From: Nitrospirota bacterium
GTDB lineage: Bacteria; Nitrospirota; UBA9217
Assembly (NCBI GenBank): GCA_963790205.1
Contig: CAWBNQ010000014.1
Coordinates: 64,001-128,000, forward strand
Length of the DNA: 64,000 nucleotides
Direction of reading: 5' to 3'
Shown: positions 20,710 to 32,310 of the stretch, one piece after another
Layout of the letters: each line of letters opens with the position of its first letter
How positions within the stretch are numbered: the stretch's first letter is position 1
The notes under the pieces: generated by a model
Databases searched by the model: none
What the model saw: only the letters and a program-made list of their open reading frames with translations
What the model was told of the DNA's origin: nothing
Translations under genes and position numbers: made by a program

Positions 20710-21300
20710 TTAGCGCGAAGCGCGTAATTCCTCGTCGATGATTTTTTTGAAATACTCAAAGGGTCGTTCTCCGATGACCTTCCGGCCATTGATAAAAAAA
20801 GTCGGCGTGTTGTAGAGGTCCATAGCAACCGCCAACTTTTTGTCCCGCTCGATCTCAGCGGCGTGCTTTTTCCCGTCCAGCGACTCGGTGAACTTCTTGA
20901 CATCAAGCCCCAGTTCCTTCGCATAGCGGATGAGACTTTCGCGATCGAGCGTCGGGGACCGTTTTATGAGGAGATCGTGCATCTCCCAGTACTTGCCCTG
21001 GTCCCGCGCGTCGAGTGACGCCTCGGCGGCCAGGTGCGAGTAGTCGCGGTAGATGTAGGGATAGTTCTTGATGACGAGGCGTATCTCCCCCGGGTACGCA
21101 GTCATTATTTTTTTGACGGTCGGACCGGCCGCCACGCAGTGCGGTCACTGGAAATCGAGGAATTCTACAATGGTCACGGGCGCGTTGGGAGGTCCCATGG
21201 CCGGAGAATCGTCGAGCGGGACGGAGAACCTCTTCTCGTCCGTGAAGGCGGGGAACGCGATCAGAACCATGGCGATGAACAGCGTGATTTTTTTCAACAA
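20710..21300 (-). CDS. DsbA/BdbD-like thioredoxin-fold selenoprotein (UxxC), split in the ORF track
   Basis: APVTIVEFLDFQ-TGA-PHC continues in frame to ...GKYWEMHD...TPTFFING; SD AAGGAG before TTG; signal peptide. Confidence 0.9.
21115..21133 (-). promoter_or_regulatory. Bacterial SECIS element
   Basis: GGCGG-C-CGGUCC-G-A-CCGUC hairpin starting 11 nt after the UGA, with GGUC in the loop as in the E. coli fdhF SECIS. Confidence 0.75.
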
Positions 21301-21334
21301 GCGATCTCCTTCAGCAGGCGGGTGGCCGAGCCGC

Positions 21335-21381
21335 AAATAAGAAAAGCCCATTTGCGGTCGGCAAACCTACAAATGGGCTTT
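21335..21381 (-). terminator. Intrinsic terminator inside the 5' leader (attenuator)
   Basis: AAAGCCCAUUUG/CAAAUGGGCUUU 12-bp stem plus UUUUCUUAUUU; lies downstream of the promoter at 21459-21487. Confidence 0.75.
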
Positions 21382-21458
21382 ATGGTTCGTTCTTCTCCCT
21401 CCCCATCCTTCGCCGTTCACGGGGAACAGCACAAGAGCAAAGAGCTGGACTCTGTAAC

Positions 21459-21487
21459 AGTATATTTTTATTTTCGTCCGCTGTCAA
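21459..21487 (-). promoter_or_regulatory. sigma70 promoter of the selenoprotein operon
   Basis: TTGACA-17-TATACT. Confidence 0.75.
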
Positions 21488-21540
21488 CCCCATGCCGCCG
21501 GCCGGGCTCCGCTGCAGAAAACGTGGCGGCCCACGGCGCT

Positions 21541-23520
<1,980 letters not shown>

Positions 23521-23708
23521 GCAGTGTTCCTCCTTCTCGCTGCTTTCAAAATAGAACTCCGCCGCGAAGCGGCGGATATGGGGAATGGTCGCCGTTCAGA
23601 TAAGGTAAGTTTAGCGGTAACGGGCGACAATTGTCAAGGGGCAAAGATACGGCGATTAATCCCCCGCCGTACCCCGCCCCTTGCAGGTATGACCTGATGC
23701 TGTGCGAA

Positions 23709-25496
23709 CTATTCCGCTCCGATACCGATGTATTCCCGGACCTTCTCGTCAGCGAATTTTTCCTGCGATTCCTTGTCCGGCGTCAGGAGAGAGACGAGAA
23801 TCCCCATGAGGAACGCCGCAGCCATGGAGTAAATACCCGGGTTCTTCAAGGGGAAGATGGCCTTCGGCATGGCGGAATCAGCCTCTTTCTTTTGTGCCGC
23901 AAGCGCCTCCTTGTCCTTCATCTTCGCGTCCACGGATGTCTTGATCGCCGCGTTCTTTTTTATAACAGCCGTCTTATCTTTTCTCTTCAGCTTTGCGATC
24001 GCATCGTCGGCGACCAGCTGCTTTGTCAGCGCATCGATATCGGTTCCGACGGCCGTTGCTTTCGCGTCGATGTCCTTGATCTGCGCCTGTACCTTGGCGA
24101 CATCGGCTTTGTGTACGATGTCGACCCACACGGTCGGACTCAGGATGAGAAGCACGACGGCGACTGCAAGGCCGGTGTAGATGCTCGTCACGGCTCCCGA
24201 CGTGGTGAACTTCTTCCACATGATCGACAGGAGCAGCGCCGGAAAGTTGGCGCTTGCGGCGATGGCAAACGTCAACCCGACCAGGAACGCCACGTTCTGC
24301 CCCTTGAACAGGATGCCGAGCAGGATCGCGGCGATGCCGAGACAGACCGTGGCGATCTTCGCGACCTTCACTTCTTCCTTCTCCGCGGCCACGCCGCGCC
24401 GTATCACGCCCACGTACAGGTCATGGGAAAGCGCCGACGCGCCGGCAAGGGTCAGGCCGGACACGACCGCGAGGATCGTGGCGAAGGCCACGGCGGACAG
24501 AAAACCGAGAAAGATGTTCCCGCCGAGCGCTTCCGCGAGCAGCGGGCCCGCCATGTTGCCGCCCGCATCGATCCCCATGATGACCTTCTGGCCCACGAGC
24601 ACCGCTGCGCCGAAGCCGATGGTCACGGTCAGGATGTAGAAGTAGCCGATGAACCCGGTTGCGACGAACACCGACTTGCGCGCCGCTTTGGCGTCGGGCA
24701 CGGTGTAGAACCGCATGAGGATGTGCGGAAGCCCCGCCGTGCCGAACATGAGGGCAAGGCCGAGCGAGAATGCGTCAAGGGGGCTGGTGACGAGGCCGCC
24801 CGGCTCGAGGAATTTCTGCTTGAGCGGGGTGACCTCGGCTGCCTGCCTGAAGAGCTCGTGATAGCTGAACCCGAACTGCGACAGCGTCAGGATGACCAGG
24901 AGCGTTGCGCCGCCCAGAAGCAGCGCGGCCTTGATGATCTGGACCCACGTGGTCGCGATCATGCCGCCGAAGAGCACGTAGGAGATCATGAGCGTGCCCG
25001 TTACCGCGATGGCCAGCTCGAAGGGCAGGCCGAACATGAGCTTGATCAGCGTGCCGGCGCCCACCATCTGAGCGATGAGGTAGGTGAGAACGACCACGAG
25101 CGATCCGGCCGCCGCGGCGGCGCGGATGGGCCGCTGCTTAAGCCGGAAGGCAACGACGTCGGCAAAGGTGTACTTGCCGAGATTACGGAGCGGTTCGGAG
25201 ATGAGGAACATGATGATCGGCCACCCTACGAGCCAGCCCACGGAGTAGATGAGGCCGTCGTACCCTTTGGTGGACACGAGTCCGGCGATCCCGAGGAACG
25301 ACGCCGCGCTCATGTAATCGCCGGCGAGGGCAAGGCCGTTCTGAAATCCCGTAATGCTTCTGCCCGCGGCATAAAAGTCCTTCGTCGTCCTCGTTCGTTT
25401 GGCCGCCCAGTACGTGATCCCCAGGGTGATGAGAACGAACAGGACAAAGAACGCTATTGCAATCGGGTTTGTCTGTCCAATGATGGTCTGGTGCAT
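23709..25496 (-). CDS. actP: Cation/acetate symporter (SSS family) with a coiled-coil insertion
   Basis: [47 protein letters not shown]. Confidence 0.93.
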   Translation of the reverse strand: MHQTIIGQTNPIAIAFFVLFVLITLGITYWAAKRTRTTKDFYAAGRSITGFQNGLALAGDYMSAASFLGIAGLVSTKGYDGLIYSVGWLVGWPIIMFLISEPLRNLGKYTFADVVAFRLKQRPIRAAAAAGSLVVVLTYLIAQMVGAGTLIKLMFGLPFELAIAVTGTLMISYVLFGGMIATTWVQIIKAALLLGGATLLVILTLSQFGFSYHELFRQAAEVTPLKQKFLEPGGLVTSPLDAFSLGLALMFGTAGLPHILMRFYTVPDAKAARKSVFVATGFIGYFYILTVTIGFGAAVLVGQKVIMGIDAGGNMAGPLLAEALGGNIFLGFLSAVAFATILAVVSGLTLAGASALSHDLYVGVIRRGVAAEKEEVKVAKIATVCLGIAAILLGILFKGQNVAFLVGLTFAIAASANFPALLLSIMWKKFTTSGAVTSIYTGLAVAVVLLILSPTVWVDIVHKADVAKVQAQIKDIDAKATAVGTDIDALTKQLVADDAIAKLKRKDKTAVIKKNAAIKTSVDAKMKDKEALAAQKKEADSAMPKAIFPLKNPGIYSMAAAFLMGILVSLLTPDKESQEKFADEKVREYIGIGAE

Positions 25497-25498
25497 GA

Positions 25499-25804
25499 TT
25501 ACCCTCCTACTTTCTCTTTGATATTATTGACCAGCGCGTCGTACGTCTGGTTCGCCCATCTGATGTAGATGCCGGTAAAGACCCATGAGAGGAAAATGGT
25601 CCCGACGGCGATCGGGATCCCGATCGTGATGGCGCCCGAGATCTTCATGCCGAGAAACGGTTTGTTGAACGCAACCAGGCTGATGAACCCGAAATACAGC
25701 ACCAGTTCCAGGATCGTCAGGATCCACGCGATCCTGTTCCTCCGTGAAACCAGACTCAGAAAATCGGGGTCATTCAAGATGTCTTCTTTTTTTACTTTAG
25801 CCAT
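25499..25804 (-). CDS. DUF485 (YjcH-like) membrane protein
   Basis: P.F..LV..R, two TM helices, YIRWAN..YD; directly upstream of actP. Confidence 0.9.
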   Translation of the reverse strand: MAKVKKEDILNDPDFLSLVSRRNRIAWILTILELVLYFGFISLVAFNKPFLGMKISGAITIGIPIAVGTIFLSWVFTGIYIRWANQTYDALVNNIKEKVGG

Positions 25805-25913
25805 GTTTCTTTTCCTCCTGTCTCGTATTTTTTGCCGATGACGACGATTGCGCCTTGAACAGCGATCATCGCGTCATGCGTGGTCATCGGCTTTTTCGGT
25901 ACCTGACAACGCT

Positions 25914-26612
25914 TCAGAAATTCGTTATTTCTCCCGTTGACCCGAACCGATCACCTCCTTCAAAAGGCTTTCCTATTTTTAAAAGATCCCCGATGTTCCC
26001 CGCTCCCGCTTCCGCAAGCAGCGGGAGGAACCGCTGGAAAAGCTGCGCCGTGGCGTAGGCGTCCATGATCGCATTGTGCGCGCCGTTCACCGGGACGCCG
26101 AAACACCGGGCTATATCGTAGAGCCGGCACCCCGTAAGCGGCGTCGCAAAGCAGTCCCGGGACTTCCCCCGTTTCCGCAGCCACTCGTAGATACTGAAGG
26201 TATCCACGACGCGGTTCCGGATGGCCGCATTGCGCAGCCGCTTCATCTCCCGGTTCAGGAACGCGAGGTCGATGGAGATAAAGTGGCCGACGAGCACGTC
26301 AGCGCCGCAAAACTCGAGAAACTCCTCCAGGACCGGTCCGATCACCGGCGACAGCACCACGTCCGACGGCGTGATCTCGTGAATGACCACGCTCGCCGCC
26401 GTCAGTTCGGTCCGCGGGCTCACGAGACGGTAGAACGTGTCCCCGATGTCTATCTTCCCGCCCGTCATGCGCACCGCGCCGATCGAGACGATGGAATCCC
26501 TGCTCGCATCGAGCCCGGTGAGCTCCGTGTCCACCACCACGTAACGAACGTCGGTGATCGGCGTGTGTTCGTCGATGGCGGACTTTTGTTTTCTTTTAAA
26601 CAGGCTCACCAT
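25914..26612 (-). CDS. DEDDh 3'-5' exonuclease (DnaQ-like)
   Basis: VVDTELTG, VGHF...D, DT, HNAIMDA. Confidence 0.9.
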   Translation of the reverse strand: MVSLFKRKQKSAIDEHTPITDVRYVVVDTELTGLDASRDSIVSIGAVRMTGGKIDIGDTFYRLVSPRTELTAASVVIHEITPSDVVLSPVIGPVLEEFLEFCGADVLVGHFISIDLAFLNREMKRLRNAAIRNRVVDTFSIYEWLRKRGKSRDCFATPLTGCRLYDIARCFGVPVNGAHNAIMDAYATAQLFQRFLPLLAEAGAGNIGDLLKIGKPFEGGDRFGSTGEITNF

Positions 26613-26699
26613 GAGTTTACGGTACCTGAGAAGCAAGAAGCAATTCTTCTTACTTCTTACTACCTGCTTCCTCCTTCTTACTTTTCACTGCCCCACTCC

Positions 26700-28602
26700 T
26701 CACCAGATCAGCGACTTGTACCGCTCGATGATCAGGTCCTGGACCTTCGAGATGAGCTGGAACGCCTCTTTGATCGACCGCTTCTCGAGGTTGGAAAGCT
26801 TGTTCGGGTTGATGAAGTTATCGGGCTCCTGGCCCGAGCTGATCTGCGCGTACTGGTGGTGAATGCGGAGAAGAGTGATGAACTCGAAGGCCTGCTCCAG
26901 ATCGTCGGCGTATTCCTCGACGATGGTGTGCCTGCTCCGCAGCGTTTCGATCCGCTCCAGGGTCGAGGTCTCCCGGATCCCCTTCTCCAGCGCAAAGAGC
27001 CTCATGATGTCCACGAGCGGCGCGATGCCCTTTACCTTGAGGTTGAGCTGGTCCTTGTGCTCCCCGCTTTTCTCGACCACGAAGGACTTGAAGAACCCGA
27101 TGGGCGGCATGTTCCTGATCGCCATGTTCGCGAGGTAACCGAGGAACACCTTCTGGTCCCTGAGCTGCGCGTTCAGGTAGTCCCGGAGCTGCTCCGCGAG
27201 CAACGCATCGCCGGCCATATGCCGGAAATCGAAGAACGCCACCGAGTTGAGCACCGCGTCCGGCGTGGGAGTTGCTATCCAGGTGGAAAAATATTTTTTC
27301 CAGGTCTTGAGCGGCTGGCGCCATTGGGGATTGGTCGCCATGTAATTGGCCGGGCAGGACGGGAAACCGCACTGGAGCAGGCCGTCGCGCGCGTAGTCGG
27401 CGAATGCGGCGAAATAGACCCGGGCCGCTTCGGCCTTCTCGTCGGTCCCCGGGTCGACATAGATGATGGCGTTGTCCTGGTCGGTCTTAAAGGTCTGCTC
27501 CTTGCGGCCCTCGCTGCCGAACACGATCCAGCTGTAGGCAAGGGGCGGCTTGCCGAGCTTCCGCTCGGCGAACTCGAGCCACCTTCCGCACGAGCCGGTC
27601 GTTGATCTCGGTGATCACCTTCGTGATGTTGTTCGCCTTGGCGCCTTCCTTGAGCAGGAGACCGACGATGTTGTTGATCTTCTTCGAAACGGGGACGAGG
27701 CCCTCGATCGTCTGCTGGCTCTCGATGTCCTTGGTGAGCGAGAGCGGCGACGTGCCCTGGAGCATCATGAGGTCGTGGTTCGTGACCACTCCCGTGAGCT
27801 TCCCGTCCCTGATCACCAGGATGTGGTGGATGTTGTACTTCAGCATCTTGAGAACGACTTCGAAGCAATAGTCGCGGCCGTCGACGCGGATGAGCGTCGT
27901 GCTCATGATGTTCTTCACCGGTTCCTGAACGTTCCGGCCTTTTGCCACGACCTTTTCCCGGAGGTCCCGGTCGGTCACGATGCCGGACGGCAGGTCGTTC
28001 CGGTCCATGATGACGAGCGAACTGATGCGGTTTTCGGACATGATTGCGGCCGCTTCGCGAATGGGCGTCTCTTCCCGGGTCGAGACCACGCCCTTGATGG
28101 CCATGTCTCCGACGCGCGTGGTAAAGAGCAGGCGGTCGCTCCCGCCGTAGAACATGCTCTTGTCCTGCATTTCGCGGTAGGTGCGGTCGATATACCTGGT
28201 GATGTGCGATTTCAGGAAATACTCGGTGAACGAAAGGTGCGAATCGAGGAGCTTCAGGAGCATCTCTTTGCCGAGAAGGTAGCAGATGGTATCTTCCACG
28301 GCCGTGATGTTGGACCGGACGCGGTCCTTGCCCACGAGCGAAAGGAAGCCGAAGGTATCGCCCTCGCCGCGGTAGTCGATCACCACTTCGCCGCCGTCCT
28401 CGGAGACCATCGAGACCTTGACGCCGCCTTTTTTGATGATCCTGAGCGCGTCGCTCGGAGGTCCGTCCTGCTTCAGGACCACCATGTCCTTGGGATAGAA
28501 CTCCAGGGACAGGTTCCTGGCCACGGCCTGGATGTCGGCATCGTCGAGGAACTGGAAGGGCGGGACCTTCTTCAGGAAGGCCACAACGTCTTCCATGATC
28601 AT
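26700..28602 (-). CDS. cNMP-binding + CBS + DUF294 nucleotidyltransferase-like protein; frameshift at ~27580, probably an error
   Basis: PPFQFL cNMP domain, GIVTDRDLR CBS, GSEGRKEQTFKTDQDNA. Removing one G joins DRLVRKV-LEFAERKLGKPP..WIVFGSEGR. Confidence 0.88.
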
Positions 28603-29061
28603 ATTGCTTCCCTGGTTCGGCTTTGCAGCGGACTTCATGCCTTATAATTAAGCAAAACAAATACCAATTTAACGAGTCGCGGGACGGGGAGCTATCGTGA
28701 CGATCATGGGTGAGTTTCAGCAGAGACACAAGAGAGATGCCGGGCAGGGGCGTTCCTGGGAAGAGCAGGTGAGGCTGTTTTAATATTGAATGAATTCAAC
28801 CTGTTTTTGCCGCGTTGGCTATTCGGCAATCAGGCAGGGCTGAGGGTTAGAACGTATAATGAAATTTTGATTTATAGAAGACTGCAGGCTATAAATAGAC
28901 ACTTAGTGAAAATATTTTTAGCACCCGTCAAACAATATTCTCTCTGAGGTAGCTTTTGACGAAATCATGTAACGAAAAGTAATTGCAGGATGAGTTCAGG
29001 AGATACAAAAAGTAACCAACACAAGGATACACAAGATGCTCCGGAAGTTGCAAAACAAAGC

Positions 29062-30891
29062 TTATCCCGGCGCAGTTTCCTCTCTCAGTTTTTTTGCCAT
29101 CTGGTAAAAATCACATTTCCTGCAGTCCGCGTATTTCTGAGCAAAGGTCCCCTGTACTTTGCCTTCGCAAAACGTGCCCGCGACGGCCCAGCAGATCCTC
29201 CCGAAATCCGGGTAGGCCGGACATTTCGTCGTTGCGTCCTTGTCCCTGCCGCATTTCATGTACTCCCAGCATTTTATTTCCCGCGATTCTTCCTCGCCCT
29301 GCTGCGGGAAATACAGGCTGAAGGCGGAGCCCGCCCCTTCCCTGCTCTCCGCCCTGATAAAGCCGCCGTGCTCTTCCATGATCTTGTTCGTTATGGAAAG
29401 ACCGAGACCGGTGCCGCGCCCGATCTGTTTTGTCGTAAAGAAGGGCTCGAAGATCAGCGGCAGTTTGTCATCAGCGATCCCCTGCCCCGTATCGGACACC
29501 TTCAAGTACACATACCGTACGTCGTGAAGGACCTCGCTCCCCGTGGTGATCTTCAGCGTGCCGCCGCCGGGCATGGCATCGAGCGCGTTGGCAATAAGAT
29601 TGGTGAGCGCCTGCCTGACCTGGTCCCGGTCCATCAAAACAGGAGGAAGGCCCCGCTCTATCATGACCTCCACGTTGACGCATTGTTCGCTGCACACATT
29701 CTCGTGCATCTTCACCACGTCAAACACCAGTTCCCCGATCGGGTGTTTTTCAAGATAAGACCGCGCGTCCCGGGAAAACGTAAGCACGTCCCGCAGTATT
29801 TTCTCAAGTCTGTCGACTTCGGAGACAATGACCTCCGCGCGCTCCTTCTCTTTTTCTCCCGAGGCGCTCTTATAGAGCCTGCGCGCGAACCCTCCGATGG
29901 CCGTCAGGGGGTTCCGTATTTCGTGCGCCACGTCGGCGGTCAGTCTTCCCAGCGCGGAAAGCTTCTCGGCCTGGATCAGCTTGTCCTGGGACCTTTTCAA
30001 TTCAGCGGTCTTCTTCGCGATCTCCCGTTCGAGGCTCGCGGTCCAGTCTTCCATCCTTACTCTCGCAATCTTAAGCTCCTGCGTCATGGCGTTGAAGTCG
30101 CGGACCAGCAGGCCTATTTCATCCTCCGAGGTCGCTGTCACGGTGAGGCCGAGGTCCCCTTCCGCCACGGCCCCCATGGCGTCGGACAGGGTCGTTACGG
30201 GCTTCAGCACGAATTTCCGGAGGACGGCGGAGAGGACCACGGAAACGAGGCCCATGAGGACAAAGGCATACACCGTGGTGTTCAGTGTCTGCTCTTTGAT
30301 GTTTTTATCAACAGTGGCAAGAGAAAAATCGGCTTCAAGGAGGCCGAGCACCCGCTGGTCCGGGGAATGGACGTGGCAGGCGGCCCGCAGGCAGGAAGGC
30401 TCGCTGTAGATCGGGGCAATGTACGTCAGAAGGTCGTGTCCCTCCTTGCCCTCATAGGTCGTCCATTGGCGCTCCCCGATCAGGGTCTCCGAAGGCTTTT
30501 CAGGGACGCGGTGACAGCCCAGACAGACGCGCGCGGACCGATCGACCCGGCGCCCGATCTCCTCCCGTTTTGACGAATAAGCGATCTTTCCCTTGCTGTC
30601 GAAGAGCCTGATCCCCGCAACGTCCTTTGCTGAGCCCAGGTCGTCTATCGTCAGCTGGATGGCCTCCCGGTTGAAGGTGAGCATGCCGTAGCGCACGCTC
30701 TTTTTAACGAGCTCGGAGTACGTGGCGGCGTCCTTCACCGCCTCGTTGATGAGATTTTTTCTGCCCGTACGGATCAGCGTGTACCACGATATGCCCCCGC
30801 CGATGATGATGAGCGACACGAGGGCGATAATAAGTTTTGCCGCGAGGGATCGGGATATAGATCTGACTATGAAGGTGAGAAGGTTCGTCAT
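29062..30891 (-). CDS. Membrane sensor histidine kinase: periplasmic c-heme domain, HAMP, HisKA/HATPase, C-terminal Cys/Trp-rich domain
   Basis: Two TMs; CLGCH and CLRAACH; DEIG; AHEIRNPL; NALDA, DTG.G, GTGLGL; tail CWEYMKC...CPAY...CWAVAGTFC...CRKC. Confidence 0.92.
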   Translation of the reverse strand: MTNLLTFIVRSISRSLAAKLIIALVSLIIIGGGISWYTLIRTGRKNLINEAVKDAATYSELVKKSVRYGMLTFNREAIQLTIDDLGSAKDVAGIRLFDSKGKIAYSSKREEIGRRVDRSARVCLGCHRVPEKPSETLIGERQWTTYEGKEGHDLLTYIAPIYSEPSCLRAACHVHSPDQRVLGLLEADFSLATVDKNIKEQTLNTTVYAFVLMGLVSVVLSAVLRKFVLKPVTTLSDAMGAVAEGDLGLTVTATSEDEIGLLVRDFNAMTQELKIARVRMEDWTASLEREIAKKTAELKRSQDKLIQAEKLSALGRLTADVAHEIRNPLTAIGGFARRLYKSASGEKEKERAEVIVSEVDRLEKILRDVLTFSRDARSYLEKHPIGELVFDVVKMHENVCSEQCVNVEVMIERGLPPVLMDRDQVRQALTNLIANALDAMPGGGTLKITTGSEVLHDVRYVYLKVSDTGQGIADDKLPLIFEPFFTTKQIGRGTGLGLSITNKIMEEHGGFIRAESREGAGSAFSLYFPQQGEEESREIKCWEYMKCGRDKDATTKCPAYPDFGRICWAVAGTFCEGKVQGTFAQKYADCRKCDFYQMAKKLREETAPG

Positions 30892-31188
30892 GGCGGGACC
30901 ATGCCTCTTTATGTTCCTATTCTACACCACTCCTTTCCTTAAATCATCAGCAATCGCGGTTTATGCATCCGCTATTAGCCAGATAGACGCTCGTTCCCTG
31001 ATGCGCCTGCATACGACTTTCGCCGCTCAGGGCGACCGCATATCGTGCCAATAGACCATCAGGGATAGTGATCATGGGATGTTGAGCACAAACTATACTT
31101 CACGCAGAACAGTATGTTATGCGACAACTCAACTATAATGAAATCCTATTGTGGCAACAAGTTGTTACTCCATTTGACCCATATCTGC

Positions 31189-31223
31189 TTGACCCATTAA
31201 AAAAAGCGTGATAAAGTTCACAA
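31189..31223 (+). promoter_or_regulatory. sigma70 promoter overlapped by a GTGA-N6-TCAC palindrome
   Basis: TTGACC-17-TAAAGT with extended TG; CGTGA TAAAGT TCACA is CRP/Rex-like. Confidence 0.45.
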
Positions 31224-31431
31224 AGTACTCAAGAACTTGTTGAACTAAGCCGCTGCGCGGCGGTGTTATTCGCATTCCAATAAGTCTCTCTACAATTCAT
31301 CCCCGCATATCTCGATAGATTTTCTTCGTCTCGCTCCTTGCTTCATAATCCTGACCGTTCTACAATCTTCTTTCGCATCACCATCGGCGTCATGCCGTTG
31401 GAATTTCGATTCAACGGAAGGAGATTATGCA

Positions 31432-32289
31432 ATGGAAACGTTCAAAGAACAGATGCAGGGCGACATGGTGCTTCGAGGATTAGCCCCGAAGACGCAATCA
31501 TTGTATCACCGGGCGGCGCGCGATATGGAACGCCATTTTAAAAAACCGCCCGACCTTTTGGAAGACGGCGATGTCAAAGCGTATCTGCTTTACCTCGTCC
31601 GGGATAAGAAGGTATCGCTATCCACCCTGAAGATAACTTACAGCGCGCTGCGGTTCCTCTATGAAACGACGCTGGGCAAAGGTTGGGTGATGGACAAGAT
31701 TCCCTATCCGAAGACGACCAAGACACTTCCTATCGTTCTCGAACGGGAGGAGGTACAGGCCATGTTCGAAGCCACTCCCAGCCTGAAGCAGCGCGTGATG
31801 CTGATGGTGACCTACTCGGCAGGGCTCCGGGCGAGCGAGACCGCCCGGCTCAAGATCACGGACATCGACAGCAGCCGTATGCTGATACGCGTGGACCAGG
31901 GCAAAGGCAAAAAAGACCGGTATACCCTTTTATCCCAGGTAGCGCTGGAAGCGCTTCGGGAATACTGGAAAGAATATAGACCGACGCATTGGCTCTTTCC
32001 GGGAGAAAAGCCTGAAAACTACATTTCCATTAGCACCGTCCAAGAGGCGTTCAAACGCGCGAAGAAAAAAGCCGGCATCACGAAGCCGGCAAGTTGTCAC
32101 ACGCTTCGGCATAGCTTCGCCACACACCTGCTGGAGTCGGGAGCTGATCTGCACTATATTCAGCTTCTGCTCGGCCATGCGTCGGTGAGAACGACCACTA
32201 TTTATCTCCACGTGAGCAAAAAGAACCTCTCAAAGATCGTGAGCCCTCTGGACTTAGGCCCCTTCTTAAATCCTCCACAAACCTCGTAG
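31432..32289 (+). CDS. Tyrosine recombinase (SAM-like N-terminus + phage integrase domain)
   Basis: YSAGLR, GKGKKDR, HTLRHSFATH, LLGH, T.IY. Confidence 0.95.
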   Translation: METFKEQMQGDMVLRGLAPKTQSLYHRAARDMERHFKKPPDLLEDGDVKAYLLYLVRDKKVSLSTLKITYSALRFLYETTLGKGWVMDKIPYPKTTKTLPIVLEREEVQAMFEATPSLKQRVMLMVTYSAGLRASETARLKITDIDSSRMLIRVDQGKGKKDRYTLLSQVALEALREYWKEYRPTHWLFPGEKPENYISISTVQEAFKRAKKKAGITKPASCHTLRHSFATHLLESGADLHYIQLLLGHASVRTTTIYLHVSKKNLSKIVSPLDLGPFLNPPQTS

Positions 32290-32310
32290 CCTGCACACGC
32301 GACACCCGCG

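Noticed and set aside
21399..21426. ANTAR dual-hairpin or known riboswitch class
   Set aside because: AACGGC lacks a proper closing stem and second hairpin, and no TPP/SAM/B12/Moco/c-di-GMP consensus was recognised by eye. An Rfam scan is still needed.
27570..27590. Programmed frameshift in the DUF294 gene
   Set aside because: No slippery sequence; a single extra G fits the insertion-error pattern seen in dsrA and at ~63015.
31036..31052. Sigma54 promoter (TGGCAC...)
   Set aside because: The GC dinucleotide is not at the required -12 spacing.
31432..32289. Integron integrase IntI
   Set aside because: Lacks the IntI-specific insertion between the catalytic patches and is paired with a Y2 transposase.
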